DNA of 62,317 bases, filler included, from Gemmatimonadota bacterium (GTDB lineage: Bacteria; 4572-55; J002): NCBI GenBank assembly GCA_003697105.1. It is 4 parts of 4 records of this genome, joined end to end, with 100 filler letters (N's around TTAATTAATTAA, not from the genome) between each part and the next. Parts side by side here need not be neighbours in the genome. Positions count along the whole stretch, not along the records: positions 1 to 28,520 come from RFFQ01000064.1; 3 more parts are not named here. One strand, given 5' to 3'. The notes beneath the pieces are model-generated. The model was not told where the DNA came from. It saw nothing but the letters and a program-made list of their open reading frames with translations, and searched no databases. Numbering within the stretch: position 1 is the first letter of the stretch; each line of letters starts with the position of its first letter. Below, one piece after another: positions 11,001 through 20,600 of this stretch. A program made the translations under genes and the position numbers.

Positions 11001-13487
11001 TTGGTCGAGTACAATCAGATCGATGGTGGTCTCTTTGTCGAGTTCGGCGTAACCTTCCGGACGGCGTAGCCCCACGTATGCGCTGTACGGGTGGACATCA
11101 AATTGGGTGACGTTTGTCACACCCCGCCCGCCAACTTCCAGCACCGTTGCGGAGACCGTGCCTTGGAGCATCCCCGCCGGCTTCAGATTGGGGGGGATGT
11201 CTAGCGTGGTGCGCAGTTGCCCTTCCGCATTTAGCTTATCTTCCACTAAAGTCTCGCTGATGGACGAAAAGGAGTGATCCGGGTTGTCATAGGTAAAAGA
11301 ACGATATTGAACTGGCGGTTCGTATGGTTTTGCCGTCAGGCGGTACTCTATTTTAACGCGGTTGCCTGCCGCCGGCGGTCCAAAAAGATTCATTCCGGTA
11401 ACCTGAATTTGCACTGCATCACCAATCATATAGACTTCCCGATCCGTGTTCACCGTCACGTTGATACGATCCGGCACGAATTCTTCCACGTTAAAGGTGG
11501 CACGCCCGATCTCTTGGGTATCACCGATCATCATTTTAGCGGTGTACTGTCCGGTGCGGGCAAAATTGGCAAGGGGTACATCGAACGAAATCATGCCTGT
11601 GGTACCGGTTTGTTGCCGTTGTTCGTTTACAATGCGGGAATCGGGAGCGACCACCTCCAACCGTACCGGGAAGGAGGGCGGCACCGCCGTATTCACCCCG
11701 CGCACAATGGTGGTCAAATGCGCGGTCTCGCCGGGGCGATATATATCCCGATCCGGATAGACAAAGGCACTATACCCATTGAGGAGTACCGGATCGCCGC
11801 TGGCGTCGAAGTCAGTCAAGTCGATCTCGCGCTTAAATTCCACAAAGGAGACATCCTCATCTTTTTCGGCGATAATCAGATAAGGTTCAAACTCCGCAAA
11901 CGCGGCGCGGACGTTTTGGAACTGGATAAATCCCTCCGCATTGGTTCGACCGCTCAACAGCAACTGGTTGTTGCGGCTTAACACGGAAATTGTCACTTGC
12001 GGGACTGGATCAAGGGTTTCGAGAGAATTGACCCAGACGATCAGATCATCACTGGCGCGTTTGGCCAGAATGCCGAGATCGGTGATCATCACCCATTTAT
12101 CTTTATAACGCCAGTAATATTTCGGGTCTTGTACCCGCAACCGGAAAATACCGGTACGCTCTTCTTGCAGGTACTGTCGCAGGTTGACCGGTGTAATGAC
12201 CTCCTCATTTTGTACCATTGCCACCGGAATTTCGCCGGAAAAAAGCGATTTTCCCATCCGGTTGATGGAAATCCAACTATAATCACTGGTTAAATTCACA
12301 TCCGTGGTCAGATAAACCAGATTGTTGGTATAAACCTTTTCAATGGTGAGTTTGACCGCGTTGATATTGACCGTGGACAGCCCCACATTAAGATTACCCG
12401 ACCGCGCCAAATAAATGCCATCACCTTCAAACCCCACCGAGGGTTCGAGCTGGCGCAACGTGACCGTCTGTTGAAAGGGTGATTGGAGTTTTGCCCCATC
12501 TCGCGCAATGAGTCCCGAACGGATAGTGACGGTGTAGGGTGTCCCGACTTCAAATTGCCCGCTGAGCTTCAGGGCGGTATGACGCTCCTCGATCTGAAAA
12601 TCAACCGCCGGACGAATGGCAATATACGGGCGCGCCACAGCCGAGCGTACCGGTGTATTAAAATTGATGCTAATGGTGCCATACTTACCGGAGGGGTTCA
12701 CGTTTACCTGTTCCACGATCAGGGATTCCGTGCGGTTCAGGGTACGGGTGAGTTCATACGGTTGCGCCAAACCCAAATTGCCACCCACACACCGGATGGC
12801 AGGGTCGATGACGGTCGTGATCTGGCTCACTTGATCCGGATCAATCGTGGTGGTTACCAATTGGATGTAACGCGAGGCTTCTTCTGTGAGAAGGGTGTAT
12901 GCCAATTTGCGGTGGCGATGATCATACAAGGTCAAATGTTGATCGACTTCCGCCGGTTCCACCGGATAATTGAACTCCAAACTGACTAAAATAAAGATGT
13001 GTTCCGGTTCAGCAGGGTCTTGATCCAGTGTGGTGACCAGTTCTTTCACGGCGAGGCGGGGGGTATGGAACCGAAATAGGGTCTCTCCGGTGATTGTTTT
13101 ACCGGGGATAAAATCCCGGTTTACTTCGGCGGTGTATTCGGTGGAGGGTGCCAACTGGACTTCCGGGAATAACCGGAGTTTATCGGGGGCAATCCACTGG
13201 GCTTTAACGGGTAGTTTCGGGGAGAAGGTGACGGGAGGACGACTGAATTCCTGTTCTAAGAGGGAGTCTGTACGGACAGGTTGGGAAAACGTCACCGTTA
13301 TATTGGTGAGGGGGGTTGTTTCGCCCGTCGGGGAAAAATGGGCAATGGTGAGGGTGTTGGTTTCGTGCTCAGATGTGGATTTGATTACCATTAACGCGCC
13401 AGCAATCACCAGCAATGTCGCTAAAATAATCAATCCTCCGGTGAATGATGCCGGCACCTTGCGGGTAGGTGTTGTGGGGTTTGTCAT
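8073..13487 (-). CDS. Bacterial alpha-2-macroglobulin
   Basis: 1804 aa; DRDIYRPGET, LAAVDEGI, thioester motif YPHGCLEQTTS, TTQ, VVDLLPAGFQIEN, AEAMYNP. Confidence 0.95.
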   Translation of the reverse strand: MTNPTTPTRKVPASFTGGLIILATLLVIAGALMVIKSTSEHETNTLTIAHFSPTGETTPLTNITVTFSQPVRTDSLLEQEFSRPPVTFSPKLPVKAQWIAPDKLRLFPEVQLAPSTEYTAEVNRDFIPGKTITGETLFRFHTPRLAVKELVTTLDQDPAEPEHIFILVSLEFNYPVEPAEVDQHLTLYDHRHRKLAYTLLTEEASRYIQLVTTTIDPDQVSQITTVIDPAIRCVGGNLGLAQPYELTRTLNRTESLIVEQVNVNPSGKYGTISINFNTPVRSAVARPYIAIRPAVDFQIEERHTALKLSGQFEVGTPYTVTIRSGLIARDGAKLQSPFQQTVTLRQLEPSVGFEGDGIYLARSGNLNVGLSTVNINAVKLTIEKVYTNNLVYLTTDVNLTSDYSWISINRMGKSLFSGEIPVAMVQNEEVITPVNLRQYLQEERTGIFRLRVQDPKYYWRYKDKWVMITDLGILAKRASDDLIVWVNSLETLDPVPQVTISVLSRNNQLLLSGRTNAEGFIQFQNVRAAFAEFEPYLIIAEKDEDVSFVEFKREIDLTDFDASGDPVLLNGYSAFVYPDRDIYRPGETAHLTTIVRGVNTAVPPSFPVRLEVVAPDSRIVNEQRQQTGTTGMISFDVPLANFARTGQYTAKMMIGDTQEIGRATFNVEEFVPDRINVTVNTDREVYMIGDAVQIQVTGMNLFGPPAAGNRVKIEYRLTAKPYEPPVQYRSFTYDNPDHSFSSISETLVEDKLNAEGQLRTTLDIPPNLKPAGMLQGTVSATVLEVGGRGVTNVTQFDVHPYSAYVGLRRPEGYAELDKETTIDLIVLDQQGQPVAGHTVSISISRIYWQSVLRQQSNGRTRYVSEKQEHVVKQDQITSSGDIQHIRFTPHEYGQYRVEVTDPASGHRAAIAFYAAGWGWSPWSMEHPDRLELDVEKEHYRVGETATIQVKAPFQQGKLLITVERDRILSSQVLDMPENTATLSIPVEASFQPNVYVSATLIRSTGNLEKYAPVRAFGVVPLQVDSREHQLDIDLNTPEVIKPHQTLSIDVSVHGNAGKPVQMTLAAVDEGICQLTGFRTPDPFGHFYGKKRLEVQTYDLYGLILPEVEGAEVLLSPSGDAAYRKKRLNPVSVQRIRPVALWSGMVLTDGAGNGKIKLAVPQFNGRLRLMAVAAVDQKFGSAEKQVIVRDPIVLTPTIPLFIASGDQFEIPVSLFNGTGKTGRFTVQLTATGAVDISQATQQITLEDQAEGVVRFPVTAGNQIGTVTVTLTASGNGNQTRVMEDVPLRPSNPPITITGSGAVTGGKTQTFDFPQTVNFMPGTAEYKLTISPLPALELGPGLSYLLHYPHGCLEQTTSQVFPLLYFDAVARVVDPDLFQKNSADYYLNEGIKKLESMLLPSGQFMYWPGGSESHTWSSIYAAHFLVEARLNGYHVNERVYRQMLRGLRDITLNTGDTRWAINQTAYACYVLAKAGQPEKSVMYYLKNNRLDQMGDEGQYLLAGAFAVAGDQTSALELLPKTVRPPELNQRQTGENFYSPMRAKAIMLAVLADSQPDHASVPRLVEELSQTLRQQHGWDYTTQDAAYSYLALGKVFHKQPSTDYRGSVRVGDTLYQTFGGKDTFLAGQDWAQKTVTIQNEGPGTCYFYWQAFGVPLDAGIAEVDAGLRVRREYLTPAGSRADYQQFQSGDLIICKITLEALAENLDNVAVVDLLPAGFQIENPRLQSRQNIPWIDSKTQFETAHLDIRDDRMIIFGNLIRRQPKTFYYGLRGINPGTFTLPPITAEAMYNPATRSVASSGQITIRRF

Positions 13488-13678
13488 GGTTTGTCTCCCA
13501 ATTGGGGTGATTCATAAAAGACCTGAGCTACCGTATGCGGGGTAGAACAATGGGGCGGTATTGATTTAACCCGATTTTCTCCTGAAAGTCAATTTCTTTT
13601 TCTTGAAAATGTAACCGGATTGTGGTACGTTACCCATCCATTTGTTTTATGTTCCACACACCGGAATGGGGTTTTTAC

Positions 13679-14158
13679 ATGAAGACACACGAATCGACGG
13701 CGGTATTACTCCTTATTTTAGAGCGTACCGCCGAAAAATGGCATTTGTTGGCAACCTTGGTGACGGACTCTCAGGCAAAACAGGCGGCAGAGGGGGAATG
13801 GTCGCTTGCCGAAGTGTTAGCCCATCTTCGTGCCTGTGCGGAGGTGTGGTCCCACTCCATTGTGATGATGGTGGCACAATCTCAGCCGGAATTGGCATAT
13901 ATTCATCCGAATACGTGGATGAAAACCTGCCGTTATGCCGAATTGCCTTTTGCCGGGGCGGTACAAGCCTTTGTCATCCGGCGGCAGGAATTGTTGTACT
14001 TCCTGCGCGGTTTAGATGAGCATCAATGGGAGCGCACCGGTCGAATCAAAGGGCGGGAGCATTCGGTCTATTCGCAAGTGCGTCGCATGGCATTGCATGA
14101 AGAAAAACATATCATCCAAATTGAACGGCTTGTCACCCGGATAAGGGAGGTGAACTGA
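13679..14158 (+). CDS. DinB family protein
   Basis: EWSLAEVLAHL ... MALHEEKH His triad; start moved to ATG 13679. Confidence 0.8.
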   Translation: MKTHESTAVLLLILERTAEKWHLLATLVTDSQAKQAAEGEWSLAEVLAHLRACAEVWSHSIVMMVAQSQPELAYIHPNTWMKTCRYAELPFAGAVQAFVIRRQELLYFLRGLDEHQWERTGRIKGREHSVYSQVRRMALHEEKHIIQIERLVTRIREVN

Positions 14159-14652
14159 TGGAAGATATTTCTGCAAAAACGCTCAAAAACCGTAACCGGG
14201 GGATCGTATTGGCGGTGCTGATCGGTGGGTTTTTTATTTTACGGGATTTTTACCTACATGCGGTGCGCTTCTTACCGGAGTTAGGCGTGGCTGGGTATTT
14301 GATGCATCCTATTTTTTGCCATAAAATTTCGGAACTGATTATTGCCGGCTCCTGGCTGTTTGTGGCGTTTATGGCGAACCACGAACGCGCCCGGCGGTAT
14401 CCTTCTTGGATGCCCCCAGACCGCTACCAGACCGTGCTAAAATTCACCGGAATTGCCAATCTGGTGGCGGTTATTTTGGCAACCTATGCGTGGACGGTTG
14501 TCAATTTGGGGACGAGTCCGTCCACTACAAATTTTACACCGCTGGTTTTTCGGGAAAATGGTTGGGTCTGGCGATATTACTTAGCACTTTTGATTATCGC
14601 CGCCGCCCTTCATGTGATCTTTGTGGGGCATAAATCTGCCCGCACGGGTTAA
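14158..14652 (+). CDS. Hypothetical membrane protein (about 4 TM)
   Basis: Four hydrophobic segments; TGATG translational coupling to the DinB gene. Confidence 0.65.
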   Translation: MEDISAKTLKNRNRGIVLAVLIGGFFILRDFYLHAVRFLPELGVAGYLMHPIFCHKISELIIAGSWLFVAFMANHERARRYPSWMPPDRYQTVLKFTGIANLVAVILATYAWTVVNLGTSPSTTNFTPLVFRENGWVWRYYLALLIIAAALHVIFVGHKSARTG

Positions 14653-14657
14653 AATGA

Positions 14658-17072
14658 TTACCGCAATAGCACCATGGATTGGGTTACTTGCCCGGATGGG
14701 GTTTCCAAGCGATAAAAATAGATACCGCTTCGCACAGCTTGCCCGTGTGCATCTGTACCATGCCACTGCACCCGATGTTGCCCCGCATTTCGTTCTTCAT
14801 CCATTAGGGTTTGGACCAATTTTCCACTGGCGTCATAGATGCGTAAAAGTGCATGAGTTCGCCACGGCAGATCAAACCGGATTGTTGTCAGTGGATTAAA
14901 TGGATTGGGGTAGTTGGGGTACAAGGTGAGGTGTTGCGGGCTGGCAAGGGTGGTGGTATGTTCTACGCCCACATAAATTTCTTGCCCGTAAACGGCAACA
15001 TCATCGATAAACCAGCCCCGGTCGCGAGAGTCAGCGCTACTAAACCGGAAGCGAAACTGGACGGTCTCAAACAGATAATCGGTCAGATCAAATTGCACAT
15101 GATGCCACACGGACTGGTAGCCGCTGAAGCCCGGTTCATTGTCCAGCACGGTGATGCGGCTACGGGGATAGCCGCCTTCCGGCTCGATCACCGTCCATGT
15201 TTCGCCGCCATCGGTGGTAATTTGCACGTTGCCGCCATCCGTGCTACGGATACGGTACCAATGGTAAAAGGCAAGTGCCACCTGCCCGGTGGCATCCGGC
15301 ACGAGCGTATAAGTGGGGCTGTACAAATAAAAGCTGGAGAGGGGGCGGTACAACTCGTCTAATTCCGTTCCCCACACGGTACTGTCGGAATGCGCACTGG
15401 CGGGACCGCCACTACTGGCGGGAACACCCCATTGCCAGCCACTGCTATCGGAAGACCAAAAGCCCCCCGGTGTGCCCTCAAAATCGATCACTGGAATCAG
15501 GGTGAAATCGATGTCCAGCACTGTGCTATCTTCAATGGTGATGGGGCGTTCCTGAATGTCATACCCCGCTTTTTGGATGGATAATTGGTAATGATTACCG
15601 GTCTCGATCTCTTCAAACCGGTAGAATCCAGAGGAATCGGTGATGATGTGTTGGCTTCCCACGTACGGATCGCGGAACGTCACGGTGGCGCCGGCAAGTG
15701 GTTGGGCGATCGACGCGCCATCAAACACCATCCCTTGAAGTGTACCGTAGCCCGGTTCCTCAAGTTCGATTTCCAAATCGATCACAGGGTTTGCTGGGGT
15801 GAGCATCAGGTTGGGGATGATCCGGGTGCCATAAGCGGGGTGCGTAATGCGCAAGGTATATGAGGTTGTGTTGGAAAAGCGCATCAGCCGCCGGAATCGT
15901 CCAAATGAATCGGTGGTGCGGGGGGGGAGGCGCTCACTATCGATTTCAACCACTTGCACCTGTGCGCCGGAAATTACGGAATCGGTGATCGCATCACGCA
16001 CAATTCCGGTCAACACGCCCCCGGATACCCCGTGTACGCGCCGGAACAGTTCATATATACCGTTCAGATTTCGTTGGCACACATCATCAATCAGTGCCGC
16101 TTCACGGGGTTGAATGCGTTCGCAGGCGCCCACTTCCACCGTCAAGGCAAAACTACCGAGTTCCGCATAAAGCCAATTATTGGCAAAGCCTCTATTTTCC
16201 GATGTGCGGAGAGTGCCGTACACCCCATCCAAACTATCCGTGGGGATAAGCCCCGCCATCGTGCGGGCAAGGTCGGAAATGTGGACATAATCCGGGGAAA
16301 GCCCGTAACGTCCCGTCCACGGGAAAATCACTTTTTCACTGTAATTTCCAGAACGGGAACTGTGATATATCACGCTGATACTGGGACGGATGTCACTGGC
16401 AAGGTTGGCGAGGGCGAGGGCTTCCGGTTCGGAAAAGGGAGCTTCGCCGCCGTAATATTCGCTACACGGTTCGTCGTTGTCGGGGTTGCCTTCCCATCCC
16501 CAACTGAAATTCCGGTTCAGGTCCACTCCGTCGCAATCGGAACGGTCAATCAAGGTACAAACTCCGTTGCCGAGGCAAGGGGCAACGTTATAATCGAAGA
16601 CGCCATTAAGGTTATTATCATGCTTGGTTTTGCGATAACAGATGTCGGTACCCTCCATGACGACCTGATGCCCATCTGGGTTGCCGATGGGTACAATCCA
16701 GATTTCGGTGTGGCTGACCCAATAGGTCAGGGAGTCACTTTCCCCATATTGGGTGAGCAAATTCTCAATGAGCATCATACTAATTTCGACCCCTAAAATC
16801 TCTTCCGCGTGAATGTGCCCATCAATTAGGATCGTGGGTTCATCTTCATCGATTTGCGGATGATCCGATATTTTGATTGCCCAAATATCACGTCCTTCTA
16901 AACTTTGACCGATGCTTTGTATCCGGCAGATATTCGGATAGCTTTCCGCGTATTGCTGTAGCTCATCAGTGACCTCGTCATAGGTGTGAAAGCGTTCAAT
17001 GGGGGGATCGAAATCTTGTGCAAAACTGAAGGCTGGCAGGGTGATTATCAACAAAAATAGTAGTTTTTTCAT
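14658..17072 (-). CDS. Secreted M14 zinc carboxypeptidase with carboxypeptidase-regulatory-like repeats, a jelly-roll domain and a C-terminal FlgD/T9SS-type sorting domain
   Basis: Signal peptide; HAEE, GNPDG, RK, GVDLNRNF, YHS, VE motifs; C-terminus LYPNYPNPFNP...SGIYFYRL...MVLLR. Confidence 0.9.
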   Translation of the reverse strand: MKKLLFLLIITLPAFSFAQDFDPPIERFHTYDEVTDELQQYAESYPNICRIQSIGQSLEGRDIWAIKISDHPQIDEDEPTILIDGHIHAEEILGVEISMMLIENLLTQYGESDSLTYWVSHTEIWIVPIGNPDGHQVVMEGTDICYRKTKHDNNLNGVFDYNVAPCLGNGVCTLIDRSDCDGVDLNRNFSWGWEGNPDNDEPCSEYYGGEAPFSEPEALALANLASDIRPSISVIYHSSRSGNYSEKVIFPWTGRYGLSPDYVHISDLARTMAGLIPTDSLDGVYGTLRTSENRGFANNWLYAELGSFALTVEVGACERIQPREAALIDDVCQRNLNGIYELFRRVHGVSGGVLTGIVRDAITDSVISGAQVQVVEIDSERLPPRTTDSFGRFRRLMRFSNTTSYTLRITHPAYGTRIIPNLMLTPANPVIDLEIELEEPGYGTLQGMVFDGASIAQPLAGATVTFRDPYVGSQHIITDSSGFYRFEEIETGNHYQLSIQKAGYDIQERPITIEDSTVLDIDFTLIPVIDFEGTPGGFWSSDSSGWQWGVPASSGGPASAHSDSTVWGTELDELYRPLSSFYLYSPTYTLVPDATGQVALAFYHWYRIRSTDGGNVQITTDGGETWTVIEPEGGYPRSRITVLDNEPGFSGYQSVWHHVQFDLTDYLFETVQFRFRFSSADSRDRGWFIDDVAVYGQEIYVGVEHTTTLASPQHLTLYPNYPNPFNPLTTIRFDLPWRTHALLRIYDASGKLVQTLMDEERNAGQHRVQWHGTDAHGQAVRSGIYFYRLETPSGQVTQSMVLLR

Positions 17073-17090
17073 GAATTCCTCCGGGGGCGG

Positions 17091-17111
17091 TTATCCGTTA
17101 TCTGTTATCAA
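17091..17111. repeat. Short heptamer run (TTATCNN x3)
   Basis: ttatccg ttatctg ttatcaa, just upstream of the M14 gene RBS. Confidence 0.5.
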
Positions 17112-17125
17112 TAGTGAGCAATTTG

Positions 17126-17480
17126 GAGTACTCTCGGATGTTTCTTCCGAGAGTTCTTCGCACAGAAGAGCCGGCTAGCCTTCCCCCCGATGTCAGGGGG
17201 ATTAAGGGGGGGTCAAACATCCTCCCCTCTTGCGGTACCAACGCGCCTTCGCGCAGGAGAGCCAACACGGTCATGGTAGAGACGTTGCACTGCAACGTCT
17301 CTACCAGTTCCACACCGTCGAGCGGGTGAATGCCCTCAACGATCACTATCAGGTCGAACGCTTCTGCTTCGACCCTCATTTTTTAAAACCGACTCGGTCG
17401 AAGACGGATTGTCGCTGTCGAAGAAACAGAATGAAGCGCTACTCTGGCAATACTCTCAGATGTTTCTTCCGAGAGTTCTC
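17126..17480. mobile_element. Non-autonomous REP-bounded element (MITE/REPIN/BIME-like), 355 bp
   Basis: 13-bp TIRs GAGTACTCTCGGA / TCCGAGAGTTCTC (12/13 match); AATTTG direct repeat at 17120-17125 and 17481-17486; ends are 29-bp palindromic direct repeats (17129-17157, 17451-17479). Confidence 0.6.
17274..17306. repeat. GTAG-family REP palindrome
   Basis: Perfect TGGTAGAGACGTTGCA-C-TGCAACGTCTCTACCA (16-bp arms). Confidence 0.85.
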
Positions 17481-17675
17481 AATTTGCAGTAAACTGGTAG
17501 CAGGTGATCGATGGATGATAATTGCTCTTTGCTAACCAATTCCGGCTTATTGGTAATTGCTAACGGATTCGCAGTTGGCTGTCAACGATTTTCCCCAAGA
17601 AAAAAGTATGTACAGCAACGCTCTTTTCGATTATATCTTTAATGGACTTCCACTTTTTGCGAGGACTTCCCCCGA

Positions 17676-20600
17676 ATGAAACATTGGTTTGGTTTACTGT
17701 TTATAGGGCTGAGTGTTGTCACCTGCCTTCATGCCGTACCCCTCAAATTTGAGCGGTTGACCCGGGATAATGGGTTATCCCACCAGACCGTCTTTTCTGT
17801 AACGCAGGATTCGACGGGGTTTATGTGGTTTGGTACGCTGGAAGGGGTCAACCGGTATGATGGTTACGAATTTAAGGTGTACCGGAACAACCCGCAGGAC
17901 TCGCACTCGCTTTCTGAGGATAACGCCGGCAATATTTATCTGGGTCGCGGTGATGTGATATGGATCGGGACATGGGGCGGCGGTTTGAATCGATTAAATT
18001 TGCGGGATGAAACCGTCACGCATTATACCCACGATCCGGCAGATTCTACTTCCATCAGTGATAATCGGGTGCAATGTATTGTGGAAGATTCGCAGGGTTA
18101 CGTGTGGGTTGGTACGCGCGACGGCGGGTTAAATCAATTTGACCCTCGCACAGGGATGGCGATCCACCAGTACCGGCATGACCCCACCGATTCAACCTCA
18201 CTTAGTCACAACCGGATTTGGGCATTGCAAACCGATGCGGCGGGCTATATCTGGGCGGGTACCAGTGATGGCTTAAACCGGATTGACCCCCGCACGCATA
18301 CCGTGACACGCTATCTGCAAGACCCTTCCACGGCATTGGGACGCAGCCGCAATTTAATCCGTACGATCTACCGGGCATCCGATGGCTTGATTTGGGTGGG
18401 TACGCGCGAAGGGATCAGCATCTTTGACCCGTCACAGGAGCAGTTTATCCGCCATTACCGGCATGACCCCCACAACAAAAACAGCCTTAGCGGGAATGTG
18501 ATCAACTGTATTTACGAGTATGACGGCATCTTTTGGATTGGTACATACGGTTTTGGTCTTAACCGCTTTGACCCCCGCACTGAAACCTTCCTCCACTACC
18601 GCTACAATTCATATGATCTCACGTCATTAAGTGATGATGATATTCGTGATATTTATGTGGATCACGCTCAAAATTTGTGGTTGGCAACGCGCGGCGGGGG
18701 CATTAATAAAGCCGATTTGAAACCCCCTAAATTTTACCACGTTCGAGGCATTCCCGAGACGGAAAATACCTTGAGTGACAACAGCGTCTGGGCGATCTGG
18801 CAAGACCGTACCGGACGGCTATGGGTCGGTACGAAACGTGGCGGATTGAATCTTATCACCGAAGCAAACGGGCATGTGAACTATCGGGTCTTCCAAAATG
18901 ATCCAAATGATCCGTACAGTATTAGTCAAAACAGCATTTGGGCGGTGGTAGAAGATGCACAAGGTACGATGTGGTTTGGTACCGGTACTGGCGTGGATAA
19001 ATTGGTGTGGGAGGGTGACCAACCCCGCTTTATTCATTATGACCATCATTCCAAAGAGCAATCCAGCATTGAGGAACTGTACCAAGACCGGGCGGGGCGG
19101 TTTTGGGTTGGTACTAATGGGGCGGGCTTGGCATTATTTGACCCCGTCATGGGTACGTTTGACTATTTTGAGCGGGTTAAAGGCGATTCCCTAAGCCTGA
19201 GTGATAATGTAATATGGTCACTCCTCGAAGATTCAGCAGGAAATTTTTGGGTCGGTACGGGCAATGGGCTGAATCGGATGGATCGGGAACGGGGGGAATT
19301 CCGGCGCTATTTCCATGAACGGGACAACCCGAACAGCCTCATCCATAACCGGATTTGGTCGATGTATGAAGACCGGCAGGGTATCCTCTGGTTCGGTACC
19401 GGGGGCGGTTTGAGTCGATTTGACCCGCGTTCGGAACGTTTTACCGCCTACACGGAGCAGGACGGGTTGGCGAATAACGCAATCTATGGCATCGCGGAAG
19501 ATGCGCAGGGGAATCTCTGGTTGAGTACCAACAAAGGGGTTTCCAAATTTAACCCCTACAGCCGCACCTTTCGTAATTATGATGCAACCGACGGCTTGCA
19601 GAGCAACGAATTTCATCCGGGGGCATCTTTTCAAAGTGCCGATGGCGAAATCTTCTTTGGGGGGGTCAATGGATTTAACCGATTTTATCCGGAGCAGGTC
19701 AAAGACAATCCCCACGTGCCGCCATTGGTATTGACCCATTTTACCTTATTTGGCAAACGTGTGACCTTCGACCAGAACATCACCTACCTCGATGAAATTC
19801 GTCTTTCCTATACCGATGATTTTTTTGCGTTTGAATTTGCCGCTTTGGATTACACCAATCCGGCAAAAAATCGGTATGCCTACAAATTAGACGGTTTCGA
19901 CCGCGATTGGAACATCGTGAAAAACCGGCGATATGCCAGCTACACCAATTTGGACGGGGGGCACTATATCTTCCGGGTCAAGGGATCGAATAATGACGGG
20001 GTATGGAACGAACAGGGCATCTCTATCCCCATCTATATCACGCCGCCACCGTGGAAAACGTGGTGGGCATACGGGTTTTATGTGATGGGCATTGTGGCGT
20101 TGGTGGGGGTATATGTGCGGGTGAAAACCCGTGCCCACGAAAAAGAGTTAGCCCAACAGCGGGAAATTACCGGACGTTTGCAAAAGCTCGATAAAATGAA
20201 AGATGAGTTTTTGGCGAATACCTCCCATGAGTTGCGAACCCCACTAAACGGGATCATCGGTATAGCAGAATCGTTGTTGGACGGCGCCACCGGTGCGCTA
20301 CCCCCGGAAACCCGTTATAATCTCTCTATTATTCTCTCTAGTGCAACCCGATTGGCAAAACAGGTGGATGATATTCTGGATTTTTCCCGGCTCAAAAATC
20401 GAGACCTGAAACTCAAGCGCAAACCGGTCGATATGTACCAATTGACCCAAGTTGTAGTGGCGTTGATCGAACCATTAGTCGGTAAAAAGGATGTGGTTTT
20501 GCAAAACCACATCCCCCCAGACCTACCGTTTGTGGAAGGGGATGAAGACCGCCTGCAACAAGTGATGTATAATCTGATCGGTAATGCGATCAAATTCACG

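Noticed and set aside
15954-16796. 280-aa antisense ORF (also 11274-11981, 1699-2286 and many others)
   Set aside because: Shadows of well-supported genes on the opposite strand, with no protein motifs
17129-17479. 29-bp palindromic direct repeats as a minimal CRISPR array
   Set aside because: Only two copies, 293 bp apart, and no cas genes; better explained as a REP-bounded element
17098-17535. Short ORFs of 93, 71 and 101 aa in the repeat region
   Set aside because: They run through palindromes, lack an SD and have no recognisable motifs
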